A DNA stretch of 41,604 nt, taken from a virus (lineage: Duplodnaviria > Caudoviricetes). The notes below the pieces were generated by a model that did not search any database, was not told the origin of the DNA, and saw only the letters and a program-made list of their open reading frames with translations. This document shows, piece by piece, positions 9,733 through 18,654 of this stretch. Positions within the stretch are counted from its first letter, which is position 1; every line of letters starts with the position of its first letter. A program made the translations under genes and the position numbers. Location of the stretch: positions 1 to 41,604 of IMG/VR virus record IMGVR_UViG_3300033475_000068; one strand, 5' to 3'.

Positions 9733-10352
9733 CACAGCTTCCTGAAGACCGCCGCTTTGCTGCCGGCGGGCCCTAAACGAACGAACTCGAATTCGTCCCC
9801 GTGGTCCTCGAGGTATTGGCGCTGTGCCCCACATTGCGGGAACTGGTAATCCATGAACACGAGGTAAGCGCCCTTGACGATCGACGGCCCGAAAATCCGC
9901 ATCGTGCTCGTGATAAACTCATCGGTGTTCGAGATGTCGTCGACAAACAGGTGAATCGGCGAGCCATCCCACTCGGCAGCGAGGATGTCGCCCTTGTGAG
10001 CCTTGAAGTCGATCCTCTTGCCTTTGAACAGCGGCCCGACATTGCGCTTCCATACGGGAAGGATGTCTTCGCCCAGTTCGAAATCGATGCCATGGTATTT
10101 TCTGGCCTTGGCCTGCCAAGTTTCATCGATGTGCCAGGCGTCGAAGGCATGGAGTGTCGAACCCGAAGCCATGCCGAGAGCCAGAAAGCCCGTCGCTGAG
10201 CCCAACCAGGGCGCGATTTCGACGATGGTCGCGTCTTTGCCAGCCTCTCCGGCCAGGGTTTCGAGCAATTCCGCCACGGTCCGACCACCGCAGCCCAGGT
10301 CTGGAATCGCTTCAGCGACAGCCCGCCGCTCGTCATTCGATGTAGTTTTCAT
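9732..10352 (-). CDS. Class I SAM-dependent methyltransferase-like protein
   Basis: IVEIAPWLGSAT, HAFDAW, LFVDD, FMDY motifs. Paralogue of the upstream gene. Confidence 0.75.
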   Translation of the reverse strand: MKTTSNDERRAVAEAIPDLGCGGRTVAELLETLAGEAGKDATIVEIAPWLGSATGFLALGMASGSTLHAFDAWHIDETWQAKARKYHGIDFELGEDILPVWKRNVGPLFKGKRIDFKAHKGDILAAEWDGSPIHLFVDDISNTDEFITSTMRIFGPSIVKGAYLVFMDYQFPQCGAQRQYLEDHGDEFEFVRLGPAGSKAAVFRKL

Positions 10353-11172
10353 CCATTCGCCTCCTGAGATCAGCCTCGTAATCCTGGTTTTCTTCCCACC
10401 AGTCCTTGAAAACTTCTTTGTTGTAGTGCAAAAGCTTCCGGCTCATGCGCTTTCCCATGTCCTGGGCTTCGCGTAAGAGCTCCCTAACCTTCTCGTCGTC
10501 TTCGGATCCGGTTTGATGCAAATCGTTGATTTCGCGCAAGACCTCGCAGATCGTGCGTTTCTTGCTGACTCGGTTTCGATGCGAATCGAGTCCTCCCAGA
10601 TAGCGAAAAGCGGCACAACTCAAGCCGAAAAATCGTTTCTGGATCGGCTCGAAACATTCGGCGTGTTCGAGCATGAAGTCGTGCTGAAACTTCAGGGCGG
10701 GGTCGTTCGGTTTTTTGGTAAAGTACCAAAAGTCCATTAGCAGGACGACAGTCTCACCGGGAATCCACCAAGGCGAGAACAGGTCCATGGCGTGCAGGAA
10801 TAGTTCTTTCCGCTTGCAGACGTCATCGACGAATAGCCCGATTTTCGGACCGCAAAATTCCTTGATGTCCTGGATGAGGCCCTTATGGAGAAACACACGA
10901 TCATCGCTGACGGTCTTCTGGACTCGAGGCAGGGTATCTTCGCCGAACGTCAGGCCGACACCGAACTTGGCGGCAATCTCGATTTCATGGTTTCGGGCTT
11001 CAAACCGATCGTAACAAAAAATCGGCACCTGTTGGTCGGCACCCTGGGAGAGCTGGACTGTCCCCGCTCCGAGGAAGACGCCGAGTTCCACGATACACTG
11101 ATCTGGTTTGACTCGTGCAGCTTCGGTTCTGAGAAAATCGCCGATCTCAGTTCCGCCCATTGATGGAATCAT
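10333..11172 (-). CDS. Class I SAM-dependent methyltransferase-like protein with C-terminal helical extension
   Basis: IVELGVFLGAGT, CYDRF, LFVDD, LMDFW. GGAGG RBS before ATG 11172. Confidence 0.75.
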   Translation of the reverse strand: MIPSMGGTEIGDFLRTEAARVKPDQCIVELGVFLGAGTVQLSQGADQQVPIFCYDRFEARNHEIEIAAKFGVGLTFGEDTLPRVQKTVSDDRVFLHKGLIQDIKEFCGPKIGLFVDDVCKRKELFLHAMDLFSPWWIPGETVVLLMDFWYFTKKPNDPALKFQHDFMLEHAECFEPIQKRFFGLSCAAFRYLGGLDSHRNRVSKKRTICEVLREINDLHQTGSEDDEKVRELLREAQDMGKRMSRKLLHYNKEVFKDWWEENQDYEADLRRRMDENYIE

Positions 11173-11857
11173 ACCAGGCCTCCATCGCTCTCGCGAATTT
11201 GTCAAATGGTTTTTTTCCGGCGAGAACGTAACGCCGAAGCTGACCCTTGATGTGAACGAAAACCGTGTTGCCGTCGATCATATGCCAGTCGTTGTCGACG
11301 GCGTTGTAGACCCGACATGGCAGCTCGAGGAGCGCGGCCTGATAGTCGGGGTTCTCGAGGAGATACCCGAACGCTGCTTGATTGTAGCCGACGTACTTCT
11401 GTTTCCATGGTGCGTGAAATCCTGGGTCATCGAACATCTTGAGATTCACTTCGAGGAACCGGCGAAAGAACGCCCTAGCGTAGGCCGTAGGCTTGGCGAA
11501 GATCACGCCGCCGTTGATGATGCACCGGCTCGGCTGTGTTCTGGCGGTGTACGCCACATCGAAGTCGCGGTCAAAAACGTGTTTCGCGCAGCCCGTGGCC
11601 AGCATATCGCAATCGGCAAAGATCACGGGCTCGTTGGCCGAATCCATGACCTCAACCCACTTTTGAAGCTTCACAGTGTTGGAGACGAACGCCAGGTCTC
11701 GGCCCTCAACCGGATCCGGCGCCGGGATCCGGTGTTCCTCGAAGGTAGCACCGGGCATCGTGAGACGGACCGAGCGACGGAAGGCCTCGAGGAGCTTCGA
11801 ATACTTCGGTTTATTCAGCTCCAGCGGGTAATCGAATTGAACCGTAACGATTTTCAC
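11147..11857 (-). CDS. GT-A fold glycosyltransferase (nucleotide-diphospho-sugar transferase)
   Basis: DxD motif (IFADCD), INGGVIF, NQAAF, LPCRVYN, FVHIKG as in GT8/GT34/GT77-type enzymes. GTG 11857 overlaps the portal stop (GTGA). Confidence 0.8.
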   Translation of the reverse strand: MKIVTVQFDYPLELNKPKYSKLLEAFRRSVRLTMPGATFEEHRIPAPDPVEGRDLAFVSNTVKLQKWVEVMDSANEPVIFADCDMLATGCAKHVFDRDFDVAYTARTQPSRCIINGGVIFAKPTAYARAFFRRFLEVNLKMFDDPGFHAPWKQKYVGYNQAAFGYLLENPDYQAALLELPCRVYNAVDNDWHMIDGNTVFVHIKGQLRRYVLAGKKPFDKFARAMEAWYDSINGRN

Positions 11858-13251
11858 TGTTGCTGTCCTTCCGCTGCGAGAGCGTCGGTGTAGCTCGCCG
11901 CCTGAAACTGTTTGAACTTGGCGGCGTCCTGAAGGCCAGTGTTCCATTTCGTGAAATCCGACTCAGTGGCTTCCGGATAGAGCTCGAGGAAAAGCTTCTG
12001 AACGGTTTCCTTCGGGACGCTGGCGTTAGCCGTAAGTTTGTTGATCCCGTCGGCGAAGCGCTGGAAAATCTGTGACTTGACGTCCTCGCTCACGGCGTCC
12101 ATATGGTTCCATTCGACTTCAAAATCAGCGACCGTGTTTTGCATCGTCGCGCCGGCCTTGAGACGGAGACAGGCGGCGAAGTATTGATAGGCTGGCTCGG
12201 TGCATTGCGACTTGTCATCCTCCACGGACTTGACGAGAACGCTCATTTGTTCCTCGGCGCTCGCATGATTGCCGGTCGAGATCAAGCCCCATACCATTTC
12301 AGGCAACCCGGAGCCCTGCACAAGCTTGTAAAAAATCTGCTGGAGCTTTTGCATATAGGCAACATTTGCCGCAGAGCCGGATTCAAACTTTGTATCTTCT
12401 TCGCCATGTTTGTTCAGGATGAAATCAGTGCTCGCAACGTCGAGTTCAGACGGGTCACCGAGTTGAGCATTTCTGGTGAACCAGGCGTCCACATCCTCCA
12501 CCTCTTGGATCATCTTAACGTTGAACTTGACAAGATCTTCCGACCATTTGAGGTCAATGTCGTGGTAGTTTTTCAGGTCGGATAATAACCGGGTGTAGAC
12601 CGACTCACCCCGAACTGAACCGTCTAAGACGTCCTTGGCGAAGGGGATCGGCATAATCCCCGACGGGTTGCGGCTCGTCCTCGAGGCAAGCTTAGCAGGG
12701 ACGTCTCCGGTGTACTGAACCGTGACGGTCTGCGCAGTGAAATACCGCTTGCGGCCGATTACCGCTTGCTGATTTTCTCCGGTTTGAATCGTGATCTGTT
12801 CGTCTGTGATGATCTGGATAATCTCGCCGGTGTCGAGGTCGCGGATGATGTCGACGACGGACGAATTCGGGATCAGCTCATGCGTGATCTTCCCGAGTTT
12901 GGCGTTCCAGTTAGGCCAGACCCAGGCCGTGCCGACAATTCGGCGCATGAGGAAAAGCTTTTGGAAAGTGGCAGCGGCTTCCTCGAGGATTCCGTCGAGG
13001 AGTTCTTGTGTTTTGTCGTCTTGCTTGCAGATTGGAATCGGGAGCCCCATGAAGGCCACGGGAATAAAAGCGATGGGATAAGCCATAGCTGAGGCCAGTT
13101 TCAGCCCCGGATAGCTGCCCTTGAAAAGACCGATTGCTAGGTCATCGTTGATCACCCAGGAATCGGTAAAGTCGACAGTATGGGGCCTGCGGATCATGTG
13201 CCGCATCGGATTTCGGCGTTCCTGCAGCTCCATCGGTGCTTTCCAGTTCAT
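11854..13251 (-). CDS. Portal protein
   Basis: ~465 aa downstream of TerL, with NPSGIMPIPF, GESVY and SGLPEMVWG portal-like motifs. ATG 13251 has a GAGG RBS. Confidence 0.8.
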   Translation of the reverse strand: MNWKAPMELQERRNPMRHMIRRPHTVDFTDSWVINDDLAIGLFKGSYPGLKLASAMAYPIAFIPVAFMGLPIPICKQDDKTQELLDGILEEAAATFQKLFLMRRIVGTAWVWPNWNAKLGKITHELIPNSSVVDIIRDLDTGEIIQIITDEQITIQTGENQQAVIGRKRYFTAQTVTVQYTGDVPAKLASRTSRNPSGIMPIPFAKDVLDGSVRGESVYTRLLSDLKNYHDIDLKWSEDLVKFNVKMIQEVEDVDAWFTRNAQLGDPSELDVASTDFILNKHGEEDTKFESGSAANVAYMQKLQQIFYKLVQGSGLPEMVWGLISTGNHASAEEQMSVLVKSVEDDKSQCTEPAYQYFAACLRLKAGATMQNTVADFEVEWNHMDAVSEDVKSQIFQRFADGINKLTANASVPKETVQKLFLELYPEATESDFTKWNTGLQDAAKFKQFQAASYTDALAAEGQQQ

Positions 13252-13439
13252 GACTTCCTCGCTTTCGGGAAAACGGGGGTCGCGCTTTCCTGGATTTTTC
13301 GGCAAGGCCAGAACCGCAGGTAGAAAAACTCCGCTGTGGGACATATGGCCTCGGCGGTTCTTCGGAAGAAAACAACCTTGACCGGATCCCAGGCGACGTT
13401 ATCGCCCAGAACTTTGGTAACTTTGCCGACGATGTACAT
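13248..13439 (-). CDS. Hypothetical 63-aa protein
   Basis: GAGG RBS and ATGA coupling to portal. Confidence 0.5.
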   Translation of the reverse strand: MYIVGKVTKVLGDNVAWDPVKVVFFRRTAEAICPTAEFFYLRFWPCRKIQESATPVFPKARKS

Positions 13440-13459
13440 GGAAACCTCGTTTCAGCGCC

Positions 13460-13487
13460 AGTATGCGCTTTTTGTTTTTTTTGTCTA
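13460..13487 (-). promoter_or_regulatory. Candidate promoter upstream of portal operon
   Basis: TAGACA-N16(A-rich)-CATACT in the TerL-portal gap. Confidence 0.35.
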
Positions 13488-15008
13488 GCGGGGTCGGTTC
13501 CTACGCTGTGCTAATAGCGAACGTGTTTCCTCGCTGACCTTCACAGCGCCCGAACCCACCAGGAGAACGTAAGCCGCAGTCACGTTGTCGATCTGGTCAT
13601 CGTGTTCCTTGCCGGTTCCGTCGAAGCGCATAAGCTCATCGATCCAGGCATCGTTCCAATCACCGCGGATGATGTGAACGTGACCCGGTGCCTCGAAGAT
13701 GGGTTCTAGAGGCGTGGCCCGGACGACCTTATCACCCTTGACCTCGATGCCTTTCCACGGAAATTCCGGCATAGCGCGTCTGAGGTAGTTCAGGGCGTCA
13801 CGTGAGTCCAGACTGACTTCGACGGCGGGCACGATGAACTTTCCATCGGCCTCAGTGGTGGTCTTGATTGCCTTGTCGCGTTTCGGCGCCTCTTCGCGCA
13901 TTCGCCTTACGTGGCCGATCCAGATGTGGAGAATCGGGTCACCTTCACGGCGTTCGAAGGTGATGAGTGAGCCGCTCGTGTAATCGGGATCGTGGCCAGT
14001 ACGTTGTTTGGCGGTGTGCGCGAGGTCCCAGACACGCGCCCATCGAAGGTCTTTGCGGGCGGGAAAATCATCTTCGATCTTGATGCCTTCGGTCGAGAGC
14101 AAACCGCCGGACCTCGGGATCGGATTGTTATCGAGCAACGCCGACGACGCGTATTTTCCCAAGGTTGCGTACTGCGTTCGGTAATAGGCGGGCGAATAGC
14201 GCTCTTGAAACAAAAACGGCGTCGGGTATTTTCCCTGCCCCTTGTAGTCCTTGGCCTGGGCGGGAAAACTCAGCATCTCGAAACGCGGAAAATCGGGATC
14301 GTCTTTCATCGCCTTTTGAATCCGACCATGGGGGTCATCCCAGTGCCACCACGTGGCCATGATGATCACGATCGCCACAGGCGCCGCACGGGTCAACAGG
14401 TCGTTCGTCAGAGCGTCCCAGACTTTATCACGGCTCACCCTGGATTCGGCTTCAGCGCGGCCCGCCAGGAAGTCATCAGCAACGATCAGCGACCCGCCGC
14501 TACCAGTCAGCCCCGAACGAATCCCGGTAGCGTGCAGTTTTCCGCCAGTGGGTTGATTGTGTTCGTTGCAGAGAATCCAGTGTGCCTTCTGGTTGGTCTC
14601 GTTCGAGAGCCTGATGTGCGGGTAAAGTTCTTTATATTTCGGTGATCGGACGATGTCGCGGGCCTCGGAGGAAAACGCCGCCGCAAGGTCGGCTTGGTAC
14701 GAGGTTTGAATCACCTCATGGTCGGGGAACTCGCCGAGGAAGTGCGGGCCGAGCCAGCGGCTAACCATGTCGGTTTTTCCATGACGCGGCGGGATGACGA
14801 TTTGCAAGTAGGTCGATTTTCCATTCCGGAAATCCTCGAAGGCCTTGTCGATTCTCGCGCAGACCATGCGGGTGTGAAAGCCTGGCGTAAATGGCCGGTT
14901 GTATTTCCACGTGTGCTCCATGAATGCCAGATGCGACTCACGAGCGGTGAAGCGTTCCTCGGCCTCGAGGAGCTTCAGGTATTCAAGTTCCTCAAGCTCG
15001 GTTAGCAC
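13485..15008 (-). CDS. terL: Terminase large subunit
   Basis: Walker A PPRHGKT, GLTGSGG..IVADD Walker B, RNase H-like WDLA, DYT and HDDQID motifs. Confidence 0.95.
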   Translation of the reverse strand: MLTELEELEYLKLLEAEERFTARESHLAFMEHTWKYNRPFTPGFHTRMVCARIDKAFEDFRNGKSTYLQIVIPPRHGKTDMVSRWLGPHFLGEFPDHEVIQTSYQADLAAAFSSEARDIVRSPKYKELYPHIRLSNETNQKAHWILCNEHNQPTGGKLHATGIRSGLTGSGGSLIVADDFLAGRAEAESRVSRDKVWDALTNDLLTRAAPVAIVIIMATWWHWDDPHGRIQKAMKDDPDFPRFEMLSFPAQAKDYKGQGKYPTPFLFQERYSPAYYRTQYATLGKYASSALLDNNPIPRSGGLLSTEGIKIEDDFPARKDLRWARVWDLAHTAKQRTGHDPDYTSGSLITFERREGDPILHIWIGHVRRMREEAPKRDKAIKTTTEADGKFIVPAVEVSLDSRDALNYLRRAMPEFPWKGIEVKGDKVVRATPLEPIFEAPGHVHIIRGDWNDAWIDELMRFDGTGKEHDDQIDNVTAAYVLLVGSGAVKVSEETRSLLAQRRNRPR

Positions 15009-15624
15009 GTTTTTTTTGCTCCAGATAGGCGATGCGTTCGCGGACTAACTTGCGATCGAGTTGCTCTTCGTCGCCGCCAGTTGGCGGATTGTCGTTGAGG
15101 ATGGCGAGGTATTTTCCAAGGAGCTCGAGCGCTTTGGTTTTGGAGTGCAAGCGTGTTTTCACCGAAACTGTCGTGACTGGATCCTTGATCCCCTTAGTCG
15201 TGGTCGTGTGTTCGATAGACTCAATCGTTCGGGCTGCGTCGTCGCTGAGTTCTGAGGCGGACTTAACCCTAACGCCCTTGCCGTCAAACTCGGTAATGTC
15301 CCGGATGTCCGAGAAGGCCAGGCGGCAGACCTCGGTCATCCACTTCAGCGTCAACTTGTCGGCGTTCGAGAGCGCGGCCTTGATGCCGTTTTTGATGAGC
15401 ATATCGACTTCAGCAACTTTCAACAAACGATGGCCTTGAGCATACGCGGTTTTTTCCGAATACCCCGCATCCTTTGCGGCCTGTGTAGCGTTGAACCCAT
15501 TCACGATATATGCGTCCGCAAATAGCTTGTATCGATTAGCGGTATCCCGGTCCTGTGTGCCCTTCTTTTTTGCGGGAGGTCGTTTTCGTGGTATTGGCTT
15601 TTTCTCAGTCTCAGGGCTTTTCAT
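14992..15624 (-). CDS. terS: Terminase small subunit
   Basis: FADAY..NATQAAKDAGYSEKTAYAQGHRLL and KALELLGKYL (Terminase_2 family). Confidence 0.92.
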   Translation of the reverse strand: MKSPETEKKPIPRKRPPAKKKGTQDRDTANRYKLFADAYIVNGFNATQAAKDAGYSEKTAYAQGHRLLKVAEVDMLIKNGIKAALSNADKLTLKWMTEVCRLAFSDIRDITEFDGKGVRVKSASELSDDAARTIESIEHTTTTKGIKDPVTTVSVKTRLHSKTKALELLGKYLAILNDNPPTGGDEEQLDRKLVRERIAYLEQKKRANRA

Positions 15625-15689
15625 GATCTCCCCCTTTGCACGTTATCCGGTTTTGCGAAGAAAACCTACTCGCTGTCTGCACGTGCAGA

Positions 15690-16658
15690 CTATCCGCTGC
15701 GGACCGGACGCACGAGGAGCGTTTCGAGTTCCTCGAGATTGATCCGTTCGCCGGTAAATCGTTCTGCAAGCAAATCACGGGTTTCTCGGGCGTCGGGAAT
15801 CACTCGGCCCTGAGTTGGTTCCGAAGTCGCTTTGCCGTTGGCCTGATCGAGCCACTGCCGGATCCCACCGGCCTTCGCCGTGAAGTCCTTAATCGCCGCC
15901 CAATCGTTGGCGTAGCGGTAACCATGCTGAAGTTTTTTCCGGCTGTAGGTATCGAGGAGTTCTTGCACTAAGTCACCGGCTGCGGTTCGGAGTTCGAGAA
16001 GTTCTTTAGCGGAAAACTTGAGGCTCTTGGGGATAGCGAGTTTCGGTAAGGGCTTGGGGTCAAACTCGGGTTCAGCAGGTGGTGAGGGATCGAACTCCGG
16101 CTCTTCGGGTTCGAAAAAGTTATCCTCATTATCCACAGGCGGCGTTTCGCCGTCTTGTGGCAAATTCTTATTACTATACTTAACTGAACTAAGCTTAACT
16201 GAACTAGGTCCAGTTTCCGATGGAAAATCGCTGTTTTCCGTAGGAATTGACCCTGTTTCCGTCGGAATTCGGTCGTTTTCCGTCGGAATTTGTTTTTTGA
16301 CCTTTCTGGCCTTGTCTTTCTCCCGATAGAGTTGCAGACTTTTCCAGTTTTCTTGTGTTTTGTCGGTTGTCAGAATTCCGTCTTTAAACTTCACCAAACC
16401 ACACTCATTGGGGTCAGCAAGGAAAGCAATGAAGGCGTCGAACTCGGCAATCGAGAGCGTCAGTTCGTCGGCGGCAGTTGCTCGGAAAACCTTCTTTGTG
16501 AGGTCTAGTTTCGCTTCCGTTGAGCCGCCGATCATCTCATTGAGTGCCCAGAATCGGCCGACTCCCTCCCATCCATAGGTGACTCGAAGGGCCTTGAATT
16601 TGGGATGGTTTCGTGCGTTGGTCTCGTGATCGAAATGGTTAAGTGAATCCCTACTCAT
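15690..16658 (-). CDS. Replication initiator-like protein (DUF4373-like N-terminus)
   Basis: HFDHETNARNHPKFKALR..YGWEGVGRFWALNE motif, plus an internal iteron array. Confidence 0.75.
   Translation of the reverse strand: MSRDSLNHFDHETNARNHPKFKALRVTYGWEGVGRFWALNEMIGGSTEAKLDLTKKVFRATAADELTLSIAEFDAFIAFLADPNECGLVKFKDGILTTDKTQENWKSLQLYREKDKARKVKKQIPTENDRIPTETGSIPTENSDFPSETGPSSVKLSSVKYSNKNLPQDGETPPVDNEDNFFEPEEPEFDPSPPAEPEFDPKPLPKLAIPKSLKFSAKELLELRTAAGDLVQELLDTYSRKKLQHGYRYANDWAAIKDFTAKAGGIRQWLDQANGKATSEPTQGRVIPDARETRDLLAERFTGERINLEELETLLVRPVRSG
16179..16290. repeat. Putative replication origin: four 21-bp-period iterons plus AT-rich direct repeat
   Basis: TTTCCG(a/t)NGGAA(a/t)(a/t) at 16214, 16235, 16256, 16277; CTTAACTGAACTA at 16179 and 16194. 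Confidence 0.75.
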
Positions 16659-17047
16659 AGCCCACCACTCACGCCAAGGTAGTAGCGTTCCTGTTCCACA
16701 AGCTCGATGATTTCATGCACCATCCACATCACGCGAGGGGACGGCTGCCTATCGCGCCACGAATAGATTTGCTTTTTCTTCAGAACGTCGGTAACAGATC
16801 CATTTTTCAGCCAGGCATAGAATTTGTTTGCGTTCCATGTTTCGAGAACAAAGAAATTTGTGTAGATCCTTATGCCATATTCGTCGACCTCGATTTTTGT
16901 AGAATGAGCGAGAAAATCAATGAAAACGATGTTGAGAAACGGCTCATGTGGATAAGAAAGTGACGAACCTTGCGAACGCTTGTCACGGGAATTCATGCGT
17001 TCCAAAGCCTGCGAATCCTTTAAGGCGTCAGAAAGTTCTCGTTTCAT
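16655..17047 (-). CDS. Hypothetical protein
   Basis: 130 aa, ATGA-coupled on both sides. Confidence 0.6.
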   Translation of the reverse strand: MKRELSDALKDSQALERMNSRDKRSQGSSLSYPHEPFLNIVFIDFLAHSTKIEVDEYGIRIYTNFFVLETWNANKFYAWLKNGSVTDVLKKKQIYSWRDRQPSPRVMWMVHEIIELVEQERYYLGVSGGL

Positions 17048-17766
17048 ACCTCTGCCTCAAACAATTCAGGATATGTCTCCTCGGGCTTGAAAAGTTGGCT
17101 CTGCGCCACGTGGTTTTTCACACGTTCCGAGGTCTTGTCATAGTACGATTTGACGATCTCCGTTCCGACGAAGTTATAGCCCATGTCCTTGGCGGCGATC
17201 GCGGAAGATCCGCTGCCGAGGTTGGGGTCGTAGATCGTCGCGCCGGGCTTGAGTTTGCACCGGAGATAGATGTCCTTGTAGAGCTCGACGGGCTTCTGGC
17301 AGGGGTGAATAAGGACCTCTCCGCGCTCGGTCTTCTTGAAGGCTCCGCACCATTGATGATGGAAGATCCTCATACAGTTCAAGACGTTGTTCCAGGCCAT
17401 TTCCCCGTCTGCGAAATAATTGGCTCCCGTTGCCTTGTCCCAGATATATGGCCCCAGGCAGGTGCCCAAGATGTCGCCGAAATAATTGCCGCCCCAGATG
17501 AAAACCTTCTTGCCGATTCTCCGCACTTGGTCGAAGTATTCGCGCGGAGGTGCAGTATCTTGGAACGCCTCCAACGCCTCCAACGCCTCCCGGCCCTGCT
17601 TGCGTTCGATGATACGGAAACGGCGTTTCGCGAAACCCGTCGTGTCGTCCTTCGTCATGCCGACGCCGTACCATGGATCGGCTACAACCAGGTCAAAAGC
17701 CTTGTCGGGTTGTGAGCGCATGAAATCGAGATTGTCCTGTAGTAGGAGTTCGATTGAGGGTTCCAT
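17044..17766 (-). CDS. DNA N6-adenine/N4-cytosine methyltransferase (beta class)
   Basis: DLVVADPWY (motif IV variant), IWGGNYF, HPCQKP, DPNLGSGS (motif I). Confidence 0.88.
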   Translation of the reverse strand: MEPSIELLLQDNLDFMRSQPDKAFDLVVADPWYGVGMTKDDTTGFAKRRFRIIERKQGREALEALEAFQDTAPPREYFDQVRRIGKKVFIWGGNYFGDILGTCLGPYIWDKATGANYFADGEMAWNNVLNCMRIFHHQWCGAFKKTERGEVLIHPCQKPVELYKDIYLRCKLKPGATIYDPNLGSGSSAIAAKDMGYNFVGTEIVKSYYDKTSERVKNHVAQSQLFKPEETYPELFEAEV

Positions 17767-17769
17767 GGC

Positions 17770-18654
17770 TTACCCCACATTCACGGTGTCGAAGATCTGC
17801 GCCAGGCTTCCACCCGTCCGCCATTCGTAAATCGCTGTCTGATTGTAGCTCGCCGTCAGGTAGGTATAGCCTCCGTACTCGAAAAGTGAGGGATCGGCCA
17901 AGTGAACCTGAAGGTAGGCAAGATAAAAATTGGAAGACACGCTGATCGTGGTAAACGTGGGGTCCGCTGTGGCCATTCTGATGTACCAGACATTATTTTG
18001 GTTCAAAGGCGCGTAGGTGATCAGAAATCCCCTGCCGGGTAAATACTTCAGATCAGGTGAACCACCGTTGAGGATGACATATGACGGGCTCTTGTTCGCG
18101 TCGAAATCGAGATTGTCGCCGGCCATCGTTGCGTGGGAGTAGCCGAGGTTCGATTCAAAAATGCTGAACGGCCCCTGACACTCGATGAGCATATGCCAGA
18201 CGCCGGAGTCATCGATCGCTACCCCGACGTTCCAAACGTGTTCGTAGATCGTGCCCGCTTGATGCGTGAGAACCGGGCGCCCGCCGTTCATCTGAAAGAA
18301 GGTGATTCCGTCGTAGGAGCGCCGGAGATAAATATCGTTGTCGACATTGTAGAAAGCGTACCAGACGCCGTTATACTGCGATCGGAAAACGTAGGAAAAA
18401 CGCATCCCATCGGCTAGATGTCTGATATTGCCGTTTTGGATCAAATCGAAGCTCCCAACCATGCCAACGTCGGCGTACATCACCATCTGACCAGAAATAT
18501 TTGAGGTTAGGGAGGTCTCACAGGCGTTGTCTAGAATCGTGGTATTGACGAGTGGGTGGAAAATTCCAAGGTTGTCGTAAATCGTGATCGAGTTGTTTCC
18601 CGGAGATTGGCAACCCATCAAAAAAATGAACACAGTGAAAATGATGTATTTCAT
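17770..18654 (-). CDS. Lipoprotein with putative beta-propeller glycoside hydrolase-like domain
   Basis: Start 18654 (ATGA overlap): MKYIIFTVFIFLMG-C lipobox. Asp-box-like RRSYDGITF, plus SPDL and ADPSL blade motifs. Confidence 0.6.
   Translation of the reverse strand: MKYIIFTVFIFLMGCQSPGNNSITIYDNLGIFHPLVNTTILDNACETSLTSNISGQMVMYADVGMVGSFDLIQNGNIRHLADGMRFSYVFRSQYNGVWYAFYNVDNDIYLRRSYDGITFFQMNGGRPVLTHQAGTIYEHVWNVGVAIDDSGVWHMLIECQGPFSIFESNLGYSHATMAGDNLDFDANKSPSYVILNGGSPDLKYLPGRGFLITYAPLNQNNVWYIRMATADPTFTTISVSSNFYLAYLQVHLADPSLFEYGGYTYLTASYNQTAIYEWRTGGSLAQIFDTVNVG

Noticed and set aside
16214-16290. CRISPR-like mini array
   Set aside because: The 21-bp period with ~7-bp spacers inside a CDS fits iterons; no cas genes.
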